28,999 bases of DNA. Source: a virus (lineage: Duplodnaviria; Caudoviricetes). Below the pieces are notes generated by a model. The model was not told the DNA's origin and ran no database searches. It saw only the letters and a program-made list of their open reading frames with translations. The stretch's first letter is position 1, and each line of letters begins with the position of its first letter. The position numbers and the translations under genes were made by a program. This document shows, piece by piece, positions 17,688 through 25,841 of this stretch. The stretch spans positions 1 to 28,999 of the IMG/VR virus record IMGVR_UViG_3300020042_006211. One strand, given 5' to 3'.

Positions 17688-18442
17688 TCTACACCTTTGA
17701 CACCAAGCGGGCGCAACTGCGGGATGGATTCTATCAGACCGGCAGCGGGCCGCGTTGTGTGTTGATTGTCGGTTCCTGCCGGACAATGGCGTTCTTAAAC
17801 TATCTTGCAGCGTGGAATGAGGTAAGCGGAAACAGTTTTACAATCCGTTATATTAACCCGTTTGACTGGCACTGGAACGCAGCAGACGAACTGGTGGACT
17901 TAGAGAAGGCAATTGATGCTCTAGAAATTAACAGCGGAATCCTTGGCGTAATAGGCGATACTGAGATATTCATTCACGAACACTACGGAAACTACGGGAT
18001 GTTCAATACGTCAAGAGACGCTGCAAAGAATATCTATCAGTTCGGAATGAACGCGAACACGGACATTGGTATTCCAAACTTTCACGATCACTTCATTCTC
18101 TACAACGATTTTGCGGCGTTCGGTGAAGTGCCAGAGGATTGGAAAGAGCGTGGGTTAGCGGCAGTCGATAAGTTCTGTGACCTCTGCGCTAAGACCAGTT
18201 TTCCAGAGATGGCTGAATACTTCCGAAACAACTGGCAAAACATGCGCTTGTTCTGGACTCCAAACCATACCAGCGGGGCGTTTACACTTTACCTGTTTCG
18301 CAGGATGAATGACGTGTTCCTACATCTTCCACTAGACAATGATTTCTGGCAGCGGATTGGTGGTGACGATATGTTCCGCGATCCACATACTCCCGTTCAT
18401 CAAAAGGACATCGAAGCATACAAACTTACATGGAATCACTAG
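17684..18442 (+). CDS. WcbI-like polysaccharide biosynthesis protein (putative O-acetyltransferase)
   Basis: N-terminal VLIVGSCR (compare G-N-C-Q) and C-terminal RLFWTPNH (compare LF.T.NHP) motifs. Confidence 0.55.
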   Translation: MIYTFDTKRAQLRDGFYQTGSGPRCVLIVGSCRTMAFLNYLAAWNEVSGNSFTIRYINPFDWHWNAADELVDLEKAIDALEINSGILGVIGDTEIFIHEHYGNYGMFNTSRDAAKNIYQFGMNANTDIGIPNFHDHFILYNDFAAFGEVPEDWKERGLAAVDKFCDLCAKTSFPEMAEYFRNNWQNMRLFWTPNHTSGAFTLYLFRRMNDVFLHLPLDNDFWQRIGGDDMFRDPHTPVHQKDIEAYKLTWNH

Positions 18443-18984
18443 CCAACATATTTACGCGCATTGGACATTTCGGAAGCGATGCTGGTCATAATGACAAAGG
18501 ATCAACTCATTCCTACATTGAATCATACGAGCGTTTGTTTTCGCCGTATCGGGAATTTGCCGACGTTCTAGAAATTGGACTGGCATCAGGAAAGTCACTG
18601 GACTTGTGGGGTGAATACTTTGGACCCAAAAGCACTATAACCGGTGTGGACATTTCCGTGGTGTTTGACACGTCGCGATTCCAACCACCGCGATTTAATG
18701 TGATCCAGGCAGATGCAACAAGCCAAGCGGCTATTGTTGCGCTTGGTCAAGCAAAGTTCGACATCATCATTGATGACGGAAGCCACATGCAAGCCGACCA
18801 AGAGGCAGCGTTTCGCTTGCTATCACCGCGAGTCAAGGAAGGTGGTCTTTACATTATTGAAGACATCCTTAGTCCCGAATCTAGCGTCCCATCGCTCCGC
18901 ACACTTCATCCAAACTGCGAGGTAATTGATCTGCGAGGAGTGAAGGGACGGTTTGATGACATGCTGTTGGTTTATCGTTTTTAA
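18430..18984 (+). CDS. Class I SAM-dependent methyltransferase, sugar O-methyltransferase-like
   Basis: DK...HSY...Y, VLEIG...G.S, GVDI, FDIIIDDGSH and GGLYIIED motifs, as in MycE-like sugar O-methyltransferases. Confidence 0.85.
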   Translation: MESLANIFTRIGHFGSDAGHNDKGSTHSYIESYERLFSPYREFADVLEIGLASGKSLDLWGEYFGPKSTITGVDISVVFDTSRFQPPRFNVIQADATSQAAIVALGQAKFDIIIDDGSHMQADQEAAFRLLSPRVKEGGLYIIEDILSPESSVPSLRTLHPNCEVIDLRGVKGRFDDMLLVYRF

Positions 18985-18986
18985 TT

Positions 18987-19664
18987 ATGAAAATGCTCGT
19001 CACAGGAAAAAGCGGGTTTGTAGGTCGTCACGTTGTCCGCGAGTTGGAAAGCCGTGATGTCGAGATTGTGCCAGACTTCACCGACCGTCCCGAGGCGGTG
19101 ATCCATCTCGGCTGGGGGCATCTTCCTAACTACGAATCATATCTACATTCGGCGCAGGTCCAGTGGCATCACGGATTTCTAAGCGCGGTCATCGGAGACG
19201 GCATCACGAACATTACCGCAGCGGGAAGCTGCTTGGAGTTGGTGGACGATCCTCCGGTTTATGGACTTGCCAAGATTAGCGTCCGCGACGGTTTGTTGTG
19301 GCGGCTCCCTACGGCCAAGTGGGTTCGGTTCTGGAATGTCTATGGGCCAGGGCAACGCGAAGAATGCTTGCTGCCGAGTCTTCGGCGCGCAATGGAGCGT
19401 GGAGACGAATCTTTCCAAGTCATTGACGGGATGCGCGATTTCATCCCTGTTCAGGATGCGGCAAAGCGGCTAGTGGATATTGCGCTGCAAGAAGAGGAGT
19501 CTGGCGTATTCGATTGCGGAAGCGGAACCGCCGTTCCAGTGATTGATTTTTGCCGCAAATTTACAGGTGATAGCACGATCCGACTAGAAACAGGATACCC
19601 AATGCCGTCCTACGAACCAAAAGTGTTTTCAATCCGCAACCGCAATGAACACGGCGATAGATAG
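18987..19664 (+). CDS. NAD-dependent epimerase/dehydratase family protein (NDP-4-keto-sugar reductase-like)
   Basis: VTGKSGFVG Rossmann motif, HLGW..LPNY, catalytic YGLAK, R..NVYGPGQ and RDFIPV.D. Confidence 0.85.
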   Translation: MKMLVTGKSGFVGRHVVRELESRDVEIVPDFTDRPEAVIHLGWGHLPNYESYLHSAQVQWHHGFLSAVIGDGITNITAAGSCLELVDDPPVYGLAKISVRDGLLWRLPTAKWVRFWNVYGPGQREECLLPSLRRAMERGDESFQVIDGMRDFIPVQDAAKRLVDIALQEEESGVFDCGSGTAVPVIDFCRKFTGDSTIRLETGYPMPSYEPKVFSIRNRNEHGDR

Positions 19665-20802
19665 ATGTTTGTGCTGCGAGGGGGCGCTGGTTCCTCTGGT
19701 AAACTTTGGGCGGATGCCGTTGGTAAATACCTACGGCGTGACAGAAAAGTTTCCGTTGGCGGTCAACCGCTGCAAGGTCTGCTGCCATTTGCAATTGTCG
19801 GAGGCGGTTGATCCGCTGGTGCTTTACAGTGATTACGCCTACTGCTCTGGAACTGGAAAAACCGCATTGGACTTCTTTTCAGGGTTTGCTCGCACGGCGT
19901 TGTCCTACGTTCCAAATGCCAAACGGGTTCTAGACATTGCCAGCAATGACGGGAGCCAGTTGGATGCGTTTAAGTCGCTTGGGCTTTCAACGTCGGGAGT
20001 TGACCCGGCAGAAAATCTGGCAGGAATTGCCGCAGCCAAAGGGCATCTCATTCGCATTTCGCTTTTTGAAGATGTTAAATTCCAGTCAAACGAGACATTT
20101 GACATCATCACCGCGCAGAATGTGGTGGCGCACACGCACCGGCCAGTGGAGTTCCTGTCCCGATGCGCGGACATTATGCACAAGGAGTCGCGGCTGTTTG
20201 TCGCCACTTCGCAGGCAAACATGGTGGTGTTGGGCGAGTGCGACACGATCTACCACGAACACGTCAGCTACTTCAATGCGGGGTCCATGATGCGCCTGGC
20301 CGAACGTGCTGGGTTGCGACTGCTGGACATTGTGATGAACGACATCCACGGCACCAGCTACGTTTTTGTGCTTGGAATCGCTGGCGAGCCGTCCGTCCGT
20401 GTAGCGCAACGGATGCAATGGGAGAATGCGGTGGGGCTGACTAGACCGGGGCTCTACAGATGGTGGAAAACCCATATCGCAGAGAAGATCGAGCGGCTGG
20501 GCAGGACGATTGACGGATTCAAGAAGGATGGATTCTTCACTGTTGGTTGCGGGGCGGCGGCAAAAGGCATTTCCATGCTGAACATGGCATGGGTAAAATT
20601 GGACGTGCTGGCCGACAACACGCCGACAAAACATTACAAGGTGACGAGCGGGATGCTGATTATGCCGTTTGACGAGATTGCCAATCTAAAAGAACCAAAG
20701 GTGTTGTTCGTTGTGCTGGCGTGGAATGTGGGCGTGGAGATTCGCCGCAACGTGGAGAAATTGCGAAGCAGGGCGGAAGATGTGTTTATTGAGATTCGCT
20801 AA
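19645..20802 (+). CDS. NDP-hexose C-methyltransferase (Zn-binding, TcaB9/NovU-like)
   Basis: N-terminal CLCC and CKVC Zn motif, VLDIASNDGS, DTIYHEHVSYF, IHGTS, GAAAKG and VLAWN. Confidence 0.9.
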   Translation: MNTAIDRCLCCEGALVPLVNFGRMPLVNTYGVTEKFPLAVNRCKVCCHLQLSEAVDPLVLYSDYAYCSGTGKTALDFFSGFARTALSYVPNAKRVLDIASNDGSQLDAFKSLGLSTSGVDPAENLAGIAAAKGHLIRISLFEDVKFQSNETFDIITAQNVVAHTHRPVEFLSRCADIMHKESRLFVATSQANMVVLGECDTIYHEHVSYFNAGSMMRLAERAGLRLLDIVMNDIHGTSYVFVLGIAGEPSVRVAQRMQWENAVGLTRPGLYRWWKTHIAEKIERLGRTIDGFKKDGFFTVGCGAAAKGISMLNMAWVKLDVLADNTPTKHYKVTSGMLIMPFDEIANLKEPKVLFVVLAWNVGVEIRRNVEKLRSRAEDVFIEIR

Positions 20803-20810
20803 AATAACAT

Positions 20811-20841
20811 TTGACGTTTTTACGGAACCACCGTAGAAACC
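20811..20841 (+). promoter_or_regulatory. Putative capsid-gene promoter with TTACG-N7-CGTAG palindrome
   Basis: TTGACG-17 nt-TAGAAA preceded by an A/T-rich stretch; mirrors the motif upstream of the portal. Confidence 0.6.
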
Positions 20842-20844
20842 CGT

Positions 20845-20995
20845 TCAGAGGTTCTATTCAGCCGTGCTCCTCCGGTAAAAACTTGGGCTGTATCACAGGG
20901 ATTGGCCCGCCTGAAACCAAAACGTGCGCCCGCTATCGGCGGGAATTTCGCACGGTTTCACGTCCACAAATACGCAGTTTTACTTACTTACTATC
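20845..20995 (+). ncRNA. Candidate structured 5' leader of the major capsid gene
   Basis: Helices CAGCC/GGCTG and CAGG/CCTG, and a nested stem TGAAAC/GTTTCA + CGTGCG/CGCACG + CCCGC/GCGGG (20912-20960). Confidence 0.45.
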
Positions 20996-22246
20996 ATGGC
21001 CTGTCCCAATCCGTTTGCAGCAATTCAAATCGCTACCGAGCATCTCGGCAGCGAAATCTATGGTATCCCCACTCCGGCGACACCTTACTTTAACTTCGTC
21101 GAACGCGGCGTGTTTCCTCGAAACATGGGCGTTACGATGTCAACCTTCATCGCTGGCCGCGTCGAGCCTGACAGCAAATCTGCTGGCTGGTCTGCCGTTA
21201 CCTTGGACAGCGCGGGCTCCGGTTCCACCGGCCCGTCCATTACTGGCGGCATCTGCGCGGACAGCTTCACTTCTGTCCCTGTTGGATTTGATACGCTGCA
21301 ATACTCGCCCCGTAAGCTCCAGCTTCAGGGACCGTCTATTTGCCGCGATACGCTTAGTTTCGCGCATCAGCCCACGAAGTTCATCCAGCAGCACTACATC
21401 CCGTCTCTTGCCCACTATGTGAAGCGCAAGATCGATTTGGAGTTCCGCGACCAGATCATCAAGTTCTCGAACAAGATGTCGCTGGCGGCTGGTGGATTCT
21501 CCAACGTCGTCACCGCATCTACCAATCCGACCATCAAGCCAACTTCGCAGTTGAACTGGACTTGGCTGGACGGCGTGGCTGTTCGTCTTATTGGCGACGG
21601 TGCTGCCAACGCAGACGGCGAAGAGATTGAGATGGGGCCAGACGGTCCTGTGTTCCCGGCCTTCATCGGCCTGGAGGCTCTCAATCGCCTGTTCCAGAAC
21701 GGTTCGGCTTCTTCGCCCAACGCCTTCCGGCAGGACTTCCAGTATGCCGACTCGGGCAAAGGCGCAATGGCTCAGACTCTGAAATCCATTGGCGCTTCCC
21801 GGCAGATCAAAAACTTCCGGTTTGCTCCGGTTGTGAATCCTCCGCGCTTTACCTACAACAACTCTATCCTTGTTGAAGTTGAGCAGTTTGAGTTCACCGC
21901 AGCTACGCACGGACAGAAATCCGTTGAAACCAGCGCGTATCAGAACGCCGAATACGAAGCTATCGTCATTCCGCATCGTCGCCAGTTCAAGGCGGACATC
22001 CTGACTCCTGACTACGCCGGGCTTGATTATGAGCCGTCTATGTGGACGGGCGATTGGAAGTTCATCACTGGCGGCGAGCGTATCGTATCCAACAACGTGT
22101 GCTTTGATCCTCTGCACAAGTTTGGCGCGCACTTTGCCGAGTTCATCTACGCACCGGAACCGATCCACACCAACTACGGCTGGGTTCTCTTCTATAAGCG
22201 TTGCCAGAACGATCAGTCGCTTACGGTCTGCACCAGCGGTCTGTAA
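20996..22246 (+). CDS. Major capsid protein (416 aa)
   Basis: Size, strong codon bias (many C-ending codons), own promoter, downstream strong terminator and head-module position. Start moved from 20924 to the ATG at 20996 (MACPNPF), which follows an A/T-rich tract. Confidence 0.8.
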   Translation: MACPNPFAAIQIATEHLGSEIYGIPTPATPYFNFVERGVFPRNMGVTMSTFIAGRVEPDSKSAGWSAVTLDSAGSGSTGPSITGGICADSFTSVPVGFDTLQYSPRKLQLQGPSICRDTLSFAHQPTKFIQQHYIPSLAHYVKRKIDLEFRDQIIKFSNKMSLAAGGFSNVVTASTNPTIKPTSQLNWTWLDGVAVRLIGDGAANADGEEIEMGPDGPVFPAFIGLEALNRLFQNGSASSPNAFRQDFQYADSGKGAMAQTLKSIGASRQIKNFRFAPVVNPPRFTYNNSILVEVEQFEFTAATHGQKSVETSAYQNAEYEAIVIPHRRQFKADILTPDYAGLDYEPSMWTGDWKFITGGERIVSNNVCFDPLHKFGAHFAEFIYAPEPIHTNYGWVLFYKRCQNDQSLTVCTSGL

Positions 22247-22266
22247 ACAAAACCAACCCTCAACCG

Positions 22267-22297
22267 GGGCGTCCTGCGAAAGCGGGACGCCCTTTTT
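22267..22297 (+). terminator. Rho-independent terminator after the capsid gene
   Basis: GGGCGTCCTGC-GAAA-GCGGGACGCCC-TTTTT: 11-bp stem with one G:U pair and a GNRA loop. Confidence 0.9.
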
Positions 22298-22309
22298 GGG
22301 TGAAAACTT

Positions 22310-23743
22310 ATGGCGAATATTACCGTAACGCTCTATTGGGACATGGACCTTCGCAAGTGGACAACCACTTTAGGAGGCACCACAGAGACAGACCCAATTC
22401 AAGGGCTGGTCCAAGGCGACATCGTAAAATTTGCAGTGCGCTTTGTGCAAACTGGAGTGGCGGTGGTATTGGCTGCACCGGTCTTTACGGCATCTGGAAT
22501 AAAAGCTGACAACGACTTTACGGGCAGCTACCTGATCCAGCTTTCGGCACCTGTGTTGAGCAACACCACGCTCTACACGTTCACGGTAAACCCGCTCAAC
22601 AGCGCGCAACTGAACACGTTCTTGCAGACGTATCGCAATACATGGTGCGCGCTGGAAATCTACGACTCGGTCAACGGCATCCTGACAACTCCGCTAGAAC
22701 TGCAAATCATGCCAGGCTACAGCCTGAGCGGAACGCCAACGGACAATGTGGCTGGCGTTATTGTAGTCGCAGCAGGGAAGACAGTCACCTTCCCGCAAAG
22801 CCTGACCTTTCCCAGCGCACTCGGCACAAACGGCTTCCAGCTTACGACAGACGGCGCAGGCGCGTTGACTTGGGCGGCGGGAACAGATGCACCCGGTGGC
22901 AGCACGACTCAGGTGCAATACAACAACGCGGGATTGTTTGCAGGAATCACAGGCGCAACTACAAACGGCACCGCGTTGACGCTTGTTGCTCCGGTGCTGG
23001 GAGCAGCCACGGCGACTTCCATCAATGGCATCACGATCTCGGCGGGAGGCTCTGGCACGCTCACGATGCTTGGAAACATAGACACCAGCGCAAGCGGCTT
23101 CATCAACACCAACACAAGCGGCGGAAGCATAAACACTCAAAACAGCGGCGGCTACATCAGCACCTCTCACAGCGGAGGATCGATCAACACTAGCCAAGCT
23201 GGCGGAAGCATTGACACACGTAACACCGGAAGCATTGAATTTGGCTACGCCGGGACGCGCACTACCTTTCGCGGAAATGCTGCTTCTAGCGACAAGACCA
23301 TTGACCTTCCAAACGTCACCGGAACCGTCGCAGTAGCAGCCACCAGCGCAACCGCCACGCAGGCGTTGTTCGCAACGGCGACAGCAGGCGCACCTGCCTA
23401 TCGTGCGATAGCCTCGGCAGACATCGCCACCGCGCTGCTCACACCGGGACCCATCGGCGGGACTACCGCAGGCTCGGGTGCGTTTACGACGTTGACGGCT
23501 AGCAGCACGCTAGCAGTCAGCTCAACGACTACTATGACCGGACGGCTTACGGCCAACGGCGGCATCACTGTTGTCGGTGGATCATTTTTACTGACCACGA
23601 ATAGCGCACTGAACGGAACTAGTGGCAGCAATACTGCAACGCTTACCAACTCACCGGGCTCCGGTAACCCAGCAAAGTGGATAGCTATTGAAGACAACGG
23701 AACAGCAAGATATATACCAACTTGGGAACTAGATCCTCCTTAA
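22310..23743 (+). CDS. Tail fibre/virion appendage protein (477 aa)
   Basis: Globular N-terminal attachment-like domain, then G/T/S/A-rich fibre motifs (PGGSTTQVQYNNAG, IGGTT..GAFTTL) and 9-aa GGSINT repeats. Confidence 0.7.
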   Translation: MANITVTLYWDMDLRKWTTTLGGTTETDPIQGLVQGDIVKFAVRFVQTGVAVVLAAPVFTASGIKADNDFTGSYLIQLSAPVLSNTTLYTFTVNPLNSAQLNTFLQTYRNTWCALEIYDSVNGILTTPLELQIMPGYSLSGTPTDNVAGVIVVAAGKTVTFPQSLTFPSALGTNGFQLTTDGAGALTWAAGTDAPGGSTTQVQYNNAGLFAGITGATTNGTALTLVAPVLGAATATSINGITISAGGSGTLTMLGNIDTSASGFINTNTSGGSINTQNSGGYISTSHSGGSINTSQAGGSIDTRNTGSIEFGYAGTRTTFRGNAASSDKTIDLPNVTGTVAVAATSATATQALFATATAGAPAYRAIASADIATALLTPGPIGGTTAGSGAFTTLTASSTLAVSSTTTMTGRLTANGGITVVGGSFLLTTNSALNGTSGSNTATLTNSPGSGNPAKWIAIEDNGTARYIPTWELDPP

Positions 23744-23749
23744 CCTTTT

Positions 23750-24124
23750 ATGAAATCACTATTCCAAATCCAAACCGAATCCGGCCAACTCTGGCCGCAC
23801 ATCAAAGCGCACCTTGACGGCACCGCCAATGTATCTGACCCGATCACCGAGCTAAAAGACCAGCACGCCACCGACCTCGCACAAGCCGCCTCTGACCTAG
23901 CTGCCGCCGTAGAAGCCGAGGGACGCGCCGTGCACAACCGACTCGACGCTCTAGTGCAGGCAGGCCAAGAGGCACACGCAGCAGGCGATCTCGACGCGCT
24001 AGGCAAGGTGCTGGTTGCAGCTTACGCTCACACCTCCAAGGCACGTCGCGCAAAGCTGGAAGCCGATCTCGCTGCCGCGCAGTCCGCAGTCACAGCAGCC
24101 GCTGACAAGCTAGCAGCCTTGTAG
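23750..24124 (+). CDS. Ala-rich helical hypothetical protein (124 aa)
   Basis: Clean ORF directly after the fibre gene with an A/T-rich start context; possibly fibre-associated. Confidence 0.65.
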   Translation: MKSLFQIQTESGQLWPHIKAHLDGTANVSDPITELKDQHATDLAQAASDLAAAVEAEGRAVHNRLDALVQAGQEAHAAGDLDALGKVLVAAYAHTSKARRAKLEADLAAAQSAVTAAADKLAAL

Positions 24125-24129
24125 CTTTA

Positions 24130-24432
24130 ATGGACTCAGTAACCACGTCTATCCTTGACTGGGCTGTCCGTCAAGGTCCAGGCGTTGCAATGCTACTCTT
24201 TGCAATCTGGTGGTTGAACAACCAAAACGCCAAAGTCGCAAAAGACGCCAAGGCGTCACTGGACATCGCAGCCGCAACCACCGCGCAGGCTTTCGCAGCC
24301 GCCCACGAGGAACGCAACAAGCGCTTTGAATACCTTGAATCAATGGTGCAGGGTCTTACAACCCGCTCTGACAACTGTGACCGTGATCGCCAGGCACTCT
24401 GGCAAAAGATAGTAGAACTAACCCACAAATGA
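24130..24432 (+). CDS. Single-TM plus coiled-coil protein (holin-like or i-spanin-like)
   Basis: TM segment GPGVAMLLFAIWWL followed by a coiled coil; first gene of the lysis cassette. Confidence 0.55.
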   Translation: MDSVTTSILDWAVRQGPGVAMLLFAIWWLNNQNAKVAKDAKASLDIAAATTAQAFAAAHEERNKRFEYLESMVQGLTTRSDNCDRDRQALWQKIVELTHK

Positions 24433-24611
24433 ACAAAACTAAAATTGCTGCTCTTGTCCTTGCTGTTTGCGCGATTCCTTTGTCTATCGACGCAACGCTC
24501 TTGCGCCTTCCGGGTGTCCCTAGCCAAGTTGCAATGTATTGGCCCTTGGTCTTGGCGCTAGCCTCGGTGCTACACAAGATTGCTTCGACGTTTCAAACTA
24601 AACCGGAATGA
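24429..24611 (+). CDS. Two-TM small membrane protein, putative holin (60 aa)
   Basis: Two hydrophobic segments with charged termini, upstream of the endolysin. Confidence 0.55.
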   Translation: MNKTKIAALVLAVCAIPLSIDATLLRLPGVPSQVAMYWPLVLALASVLHKIASTFQTKPE

Positions 24612-24751
24612 AAATCCTACTCGCCATGCTCTGCCTCACCCTAACCGGCTGCGCCGTGGATTACACCACGAAGACCGGAGGCAGGTTCCGCTTTGAGCTG
24701 ACCGGCTCGCCCACGGAATATATCGAAGCCGGACGTTCCTACCGCAAATGA
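24608..24751 (+). CDS. Small lipoprotein (47 aa), o-spanin candidate; absent from the ORF track
   Basis: MKILLAMLCLTLTG-CAVDY... contains the lipobox LTGC; ATGA overlaps at both ends. Confidence 0.7.
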   Translation: MKILLAMLCLTLTGCAVDYTTKTGGRFRFELTGSPTEYIEAGRSYRK

Positions 24752-25233
24752 AAACCCTCGCAGAAAAACTTGTAGCTTTAACCCGACCCGAAATCGGCGT
24801 CGAAGAAGTTGACGGCACGAACTGCGGCGTTCGCGTTGATGCCTACAAGTCTGCGACCAACCTGCCGCCGCATGAGGCATGGCCGTGGTGCGCCGCTTTC
24901 GTTTGCTGGCTCGTCCGAGAGGCAATGCGTGATGGTGGACCTTACACCTTCGCTCGTCCGACCACTGCGGGCGCGTGGGACTTTGAGAATTGGTCGCTGA
25001 AGCAAGACGACTCGACACATACTCTACGCAACCCCGGCCGTAACATCGCTCCCGGCGACATCGTGATCTTCAAGTTCTCTCACATCGGCATTTGCTTGCG
25101 AGGACCAGAGGCTGGACGCATCCGCACGGTGGAAGGCAACACCGACGCCGCAGGCTTACGCGAGGGCGGTGGAGTATTCGAGAAATCTCGTTCTCTGGAC
25201 AGCATCAAAACCCGCATCCGCTTTACCGTGTGA
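24748..25233 (+). CDS. CHAP-domain endolysin
   Basis: PWCAAFVCW (catalytic Cys), PGDIVIF, HIGI (catalytic His) and TVEGNT. Confidence 0.9.
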   Translation: MKTLAEKLVALTRPEIGVEEVDGTNCGVRVDAYKSATNLPPHEAWPWCAAFVCWLVREAMRDGGPYTFARPTTAGAWDFENWSLKQDDSTHTLRNPGRNIAPGDIVIFKFSHIGICLRGPEAGRIRTVEGNTDAAGLREGGGVFEKSRSLDSIKTRIRFTV

Positions 25234-25472
25234 CAAAATACGGATTCAAAATCTTCAACGGGCGGATCAAGGTCTATGTCGATGGGTATGTGATGTTCAC
25301 CTTCAACCAGATTGACTTTAAGGGATATTACGCCTACAAAGACGACACGCTTCTTTACGGACTCGACATCTACCTGATGAACGAAAAAGGAGGCGCTACA
25401 ACTATGGAAATTTACTTCAAGACCAAAGAAAACTGGCTCGGCATTTTGCGCTTGCTGGATGAAAACCTATGA
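25230..25472 (+). CDS. Hypothetical beta-rich protein (80 aa)
   Basis: GTG start overlapping the endolysin stop (GTGA); aromatic-rich globular sequence. Confidence 0.6.
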   Translation: MTKYGFKIFNGRIKVYVDGYVMFTFNQIDFKGYYAYKDDTLLYGLDIYLMNEKGGATTMEIYFKTKENWLGILRLLDENL

Positions 25473-25573
25473 TCCTGGCCGACTCCTATTCCGTCGGCGT
25501 TTCGTTCATCGCGCTGATCGGGCTCGTTATTTTTCTGTGGATCGTCTGGATCGCAATGAGGTCGCAACCATGA
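25469..25573 (+). CDS. 34-aa single-TM peptide
   Basis: MILADSYSVGVSFIALIGLVIFLWIVWIAMRSQP; ATGA-coupled on both sides. Confidence 0.55.
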   Translation: MILADSYSVGVSFIALIGLVIFLWIVWIAMRSQP

Positions 25574-25653
25574 AAGCGATCCACTGCGCCTTGTGCTGGG
25601 CCGTTGCCGCGCTGGCGCTGGCCGGCGCCCTGCTCTGGACGGATAGAGATTAG
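25570..25653 (+). CDS. 27-aa hydrophobic peptide
   Basis: MKAIHCALCWAVAALALAGALLWTDRD; ATGA-coupled. Confidence 0.45.
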   Translation: MKAIHCALCWAVAALALAGALLWTDRD

Positions 25654-25656
25654 CTT

Positions 25657-25732
25657 TGCGCCGAGATGCCCGAACCCGCGAGGACTGGGTGGGTTTTGTC
25701 TTGACCCTCATACATCTCGGCGCACTTTTTTT
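25657..25732 (+). terminator. Terminator-like branched structure ending the late operon
   Basis: Perfect 12-bp inverted repeat TGCGCCGAGATG/CATCTCGGCGCA enclosing 44 nt, followed by CTTTTTTT. Confidence 0.65.
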
Positions 25733-25796
25733 GCAATTTTAAGGCGTTGAAAACCAGAGACTTGCAAACCAAATACAGAAAAGCGCAAAGTTTATT

Positions 25797-25825
25797 TTGA
25801 CAGCGAACCATAATGCGTTCAAAGT
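25797..25825 (+). promoter_or_regulatory. Putative early sigma70-type promoter
   Basis: Consensus TTGACA with an A/T-rich upstream tract, 17-nt spacer and weak -10 CAAAGT, at the start of a new gene module. Confidence 0.45.
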
Positions 25826-25841
25826 TGGAGACATAAGCAAA

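Noticed and set aside
20811-21422. 203-aa alternative-frame ORF, and the 20924 upstream start for the capsid gene
   Set aside because: Both begin at non-ATG codons within the promoter or structured leader; the ATG at 20996 has a better context.
21140-22168. 342-aa antisense ORF opposite the capsid gene
   Set aside because: Explained by the strong codon bias of the sense gene; the sequence is not protein-like and there are no minus-strand expression signals.
25805-25820. GAAC-N8-GTTC as a LexA/SOS box
   Set aside because: The spacing does not match the GAAC-N4-GTTC type box; kept only as an unspecified palindrome.
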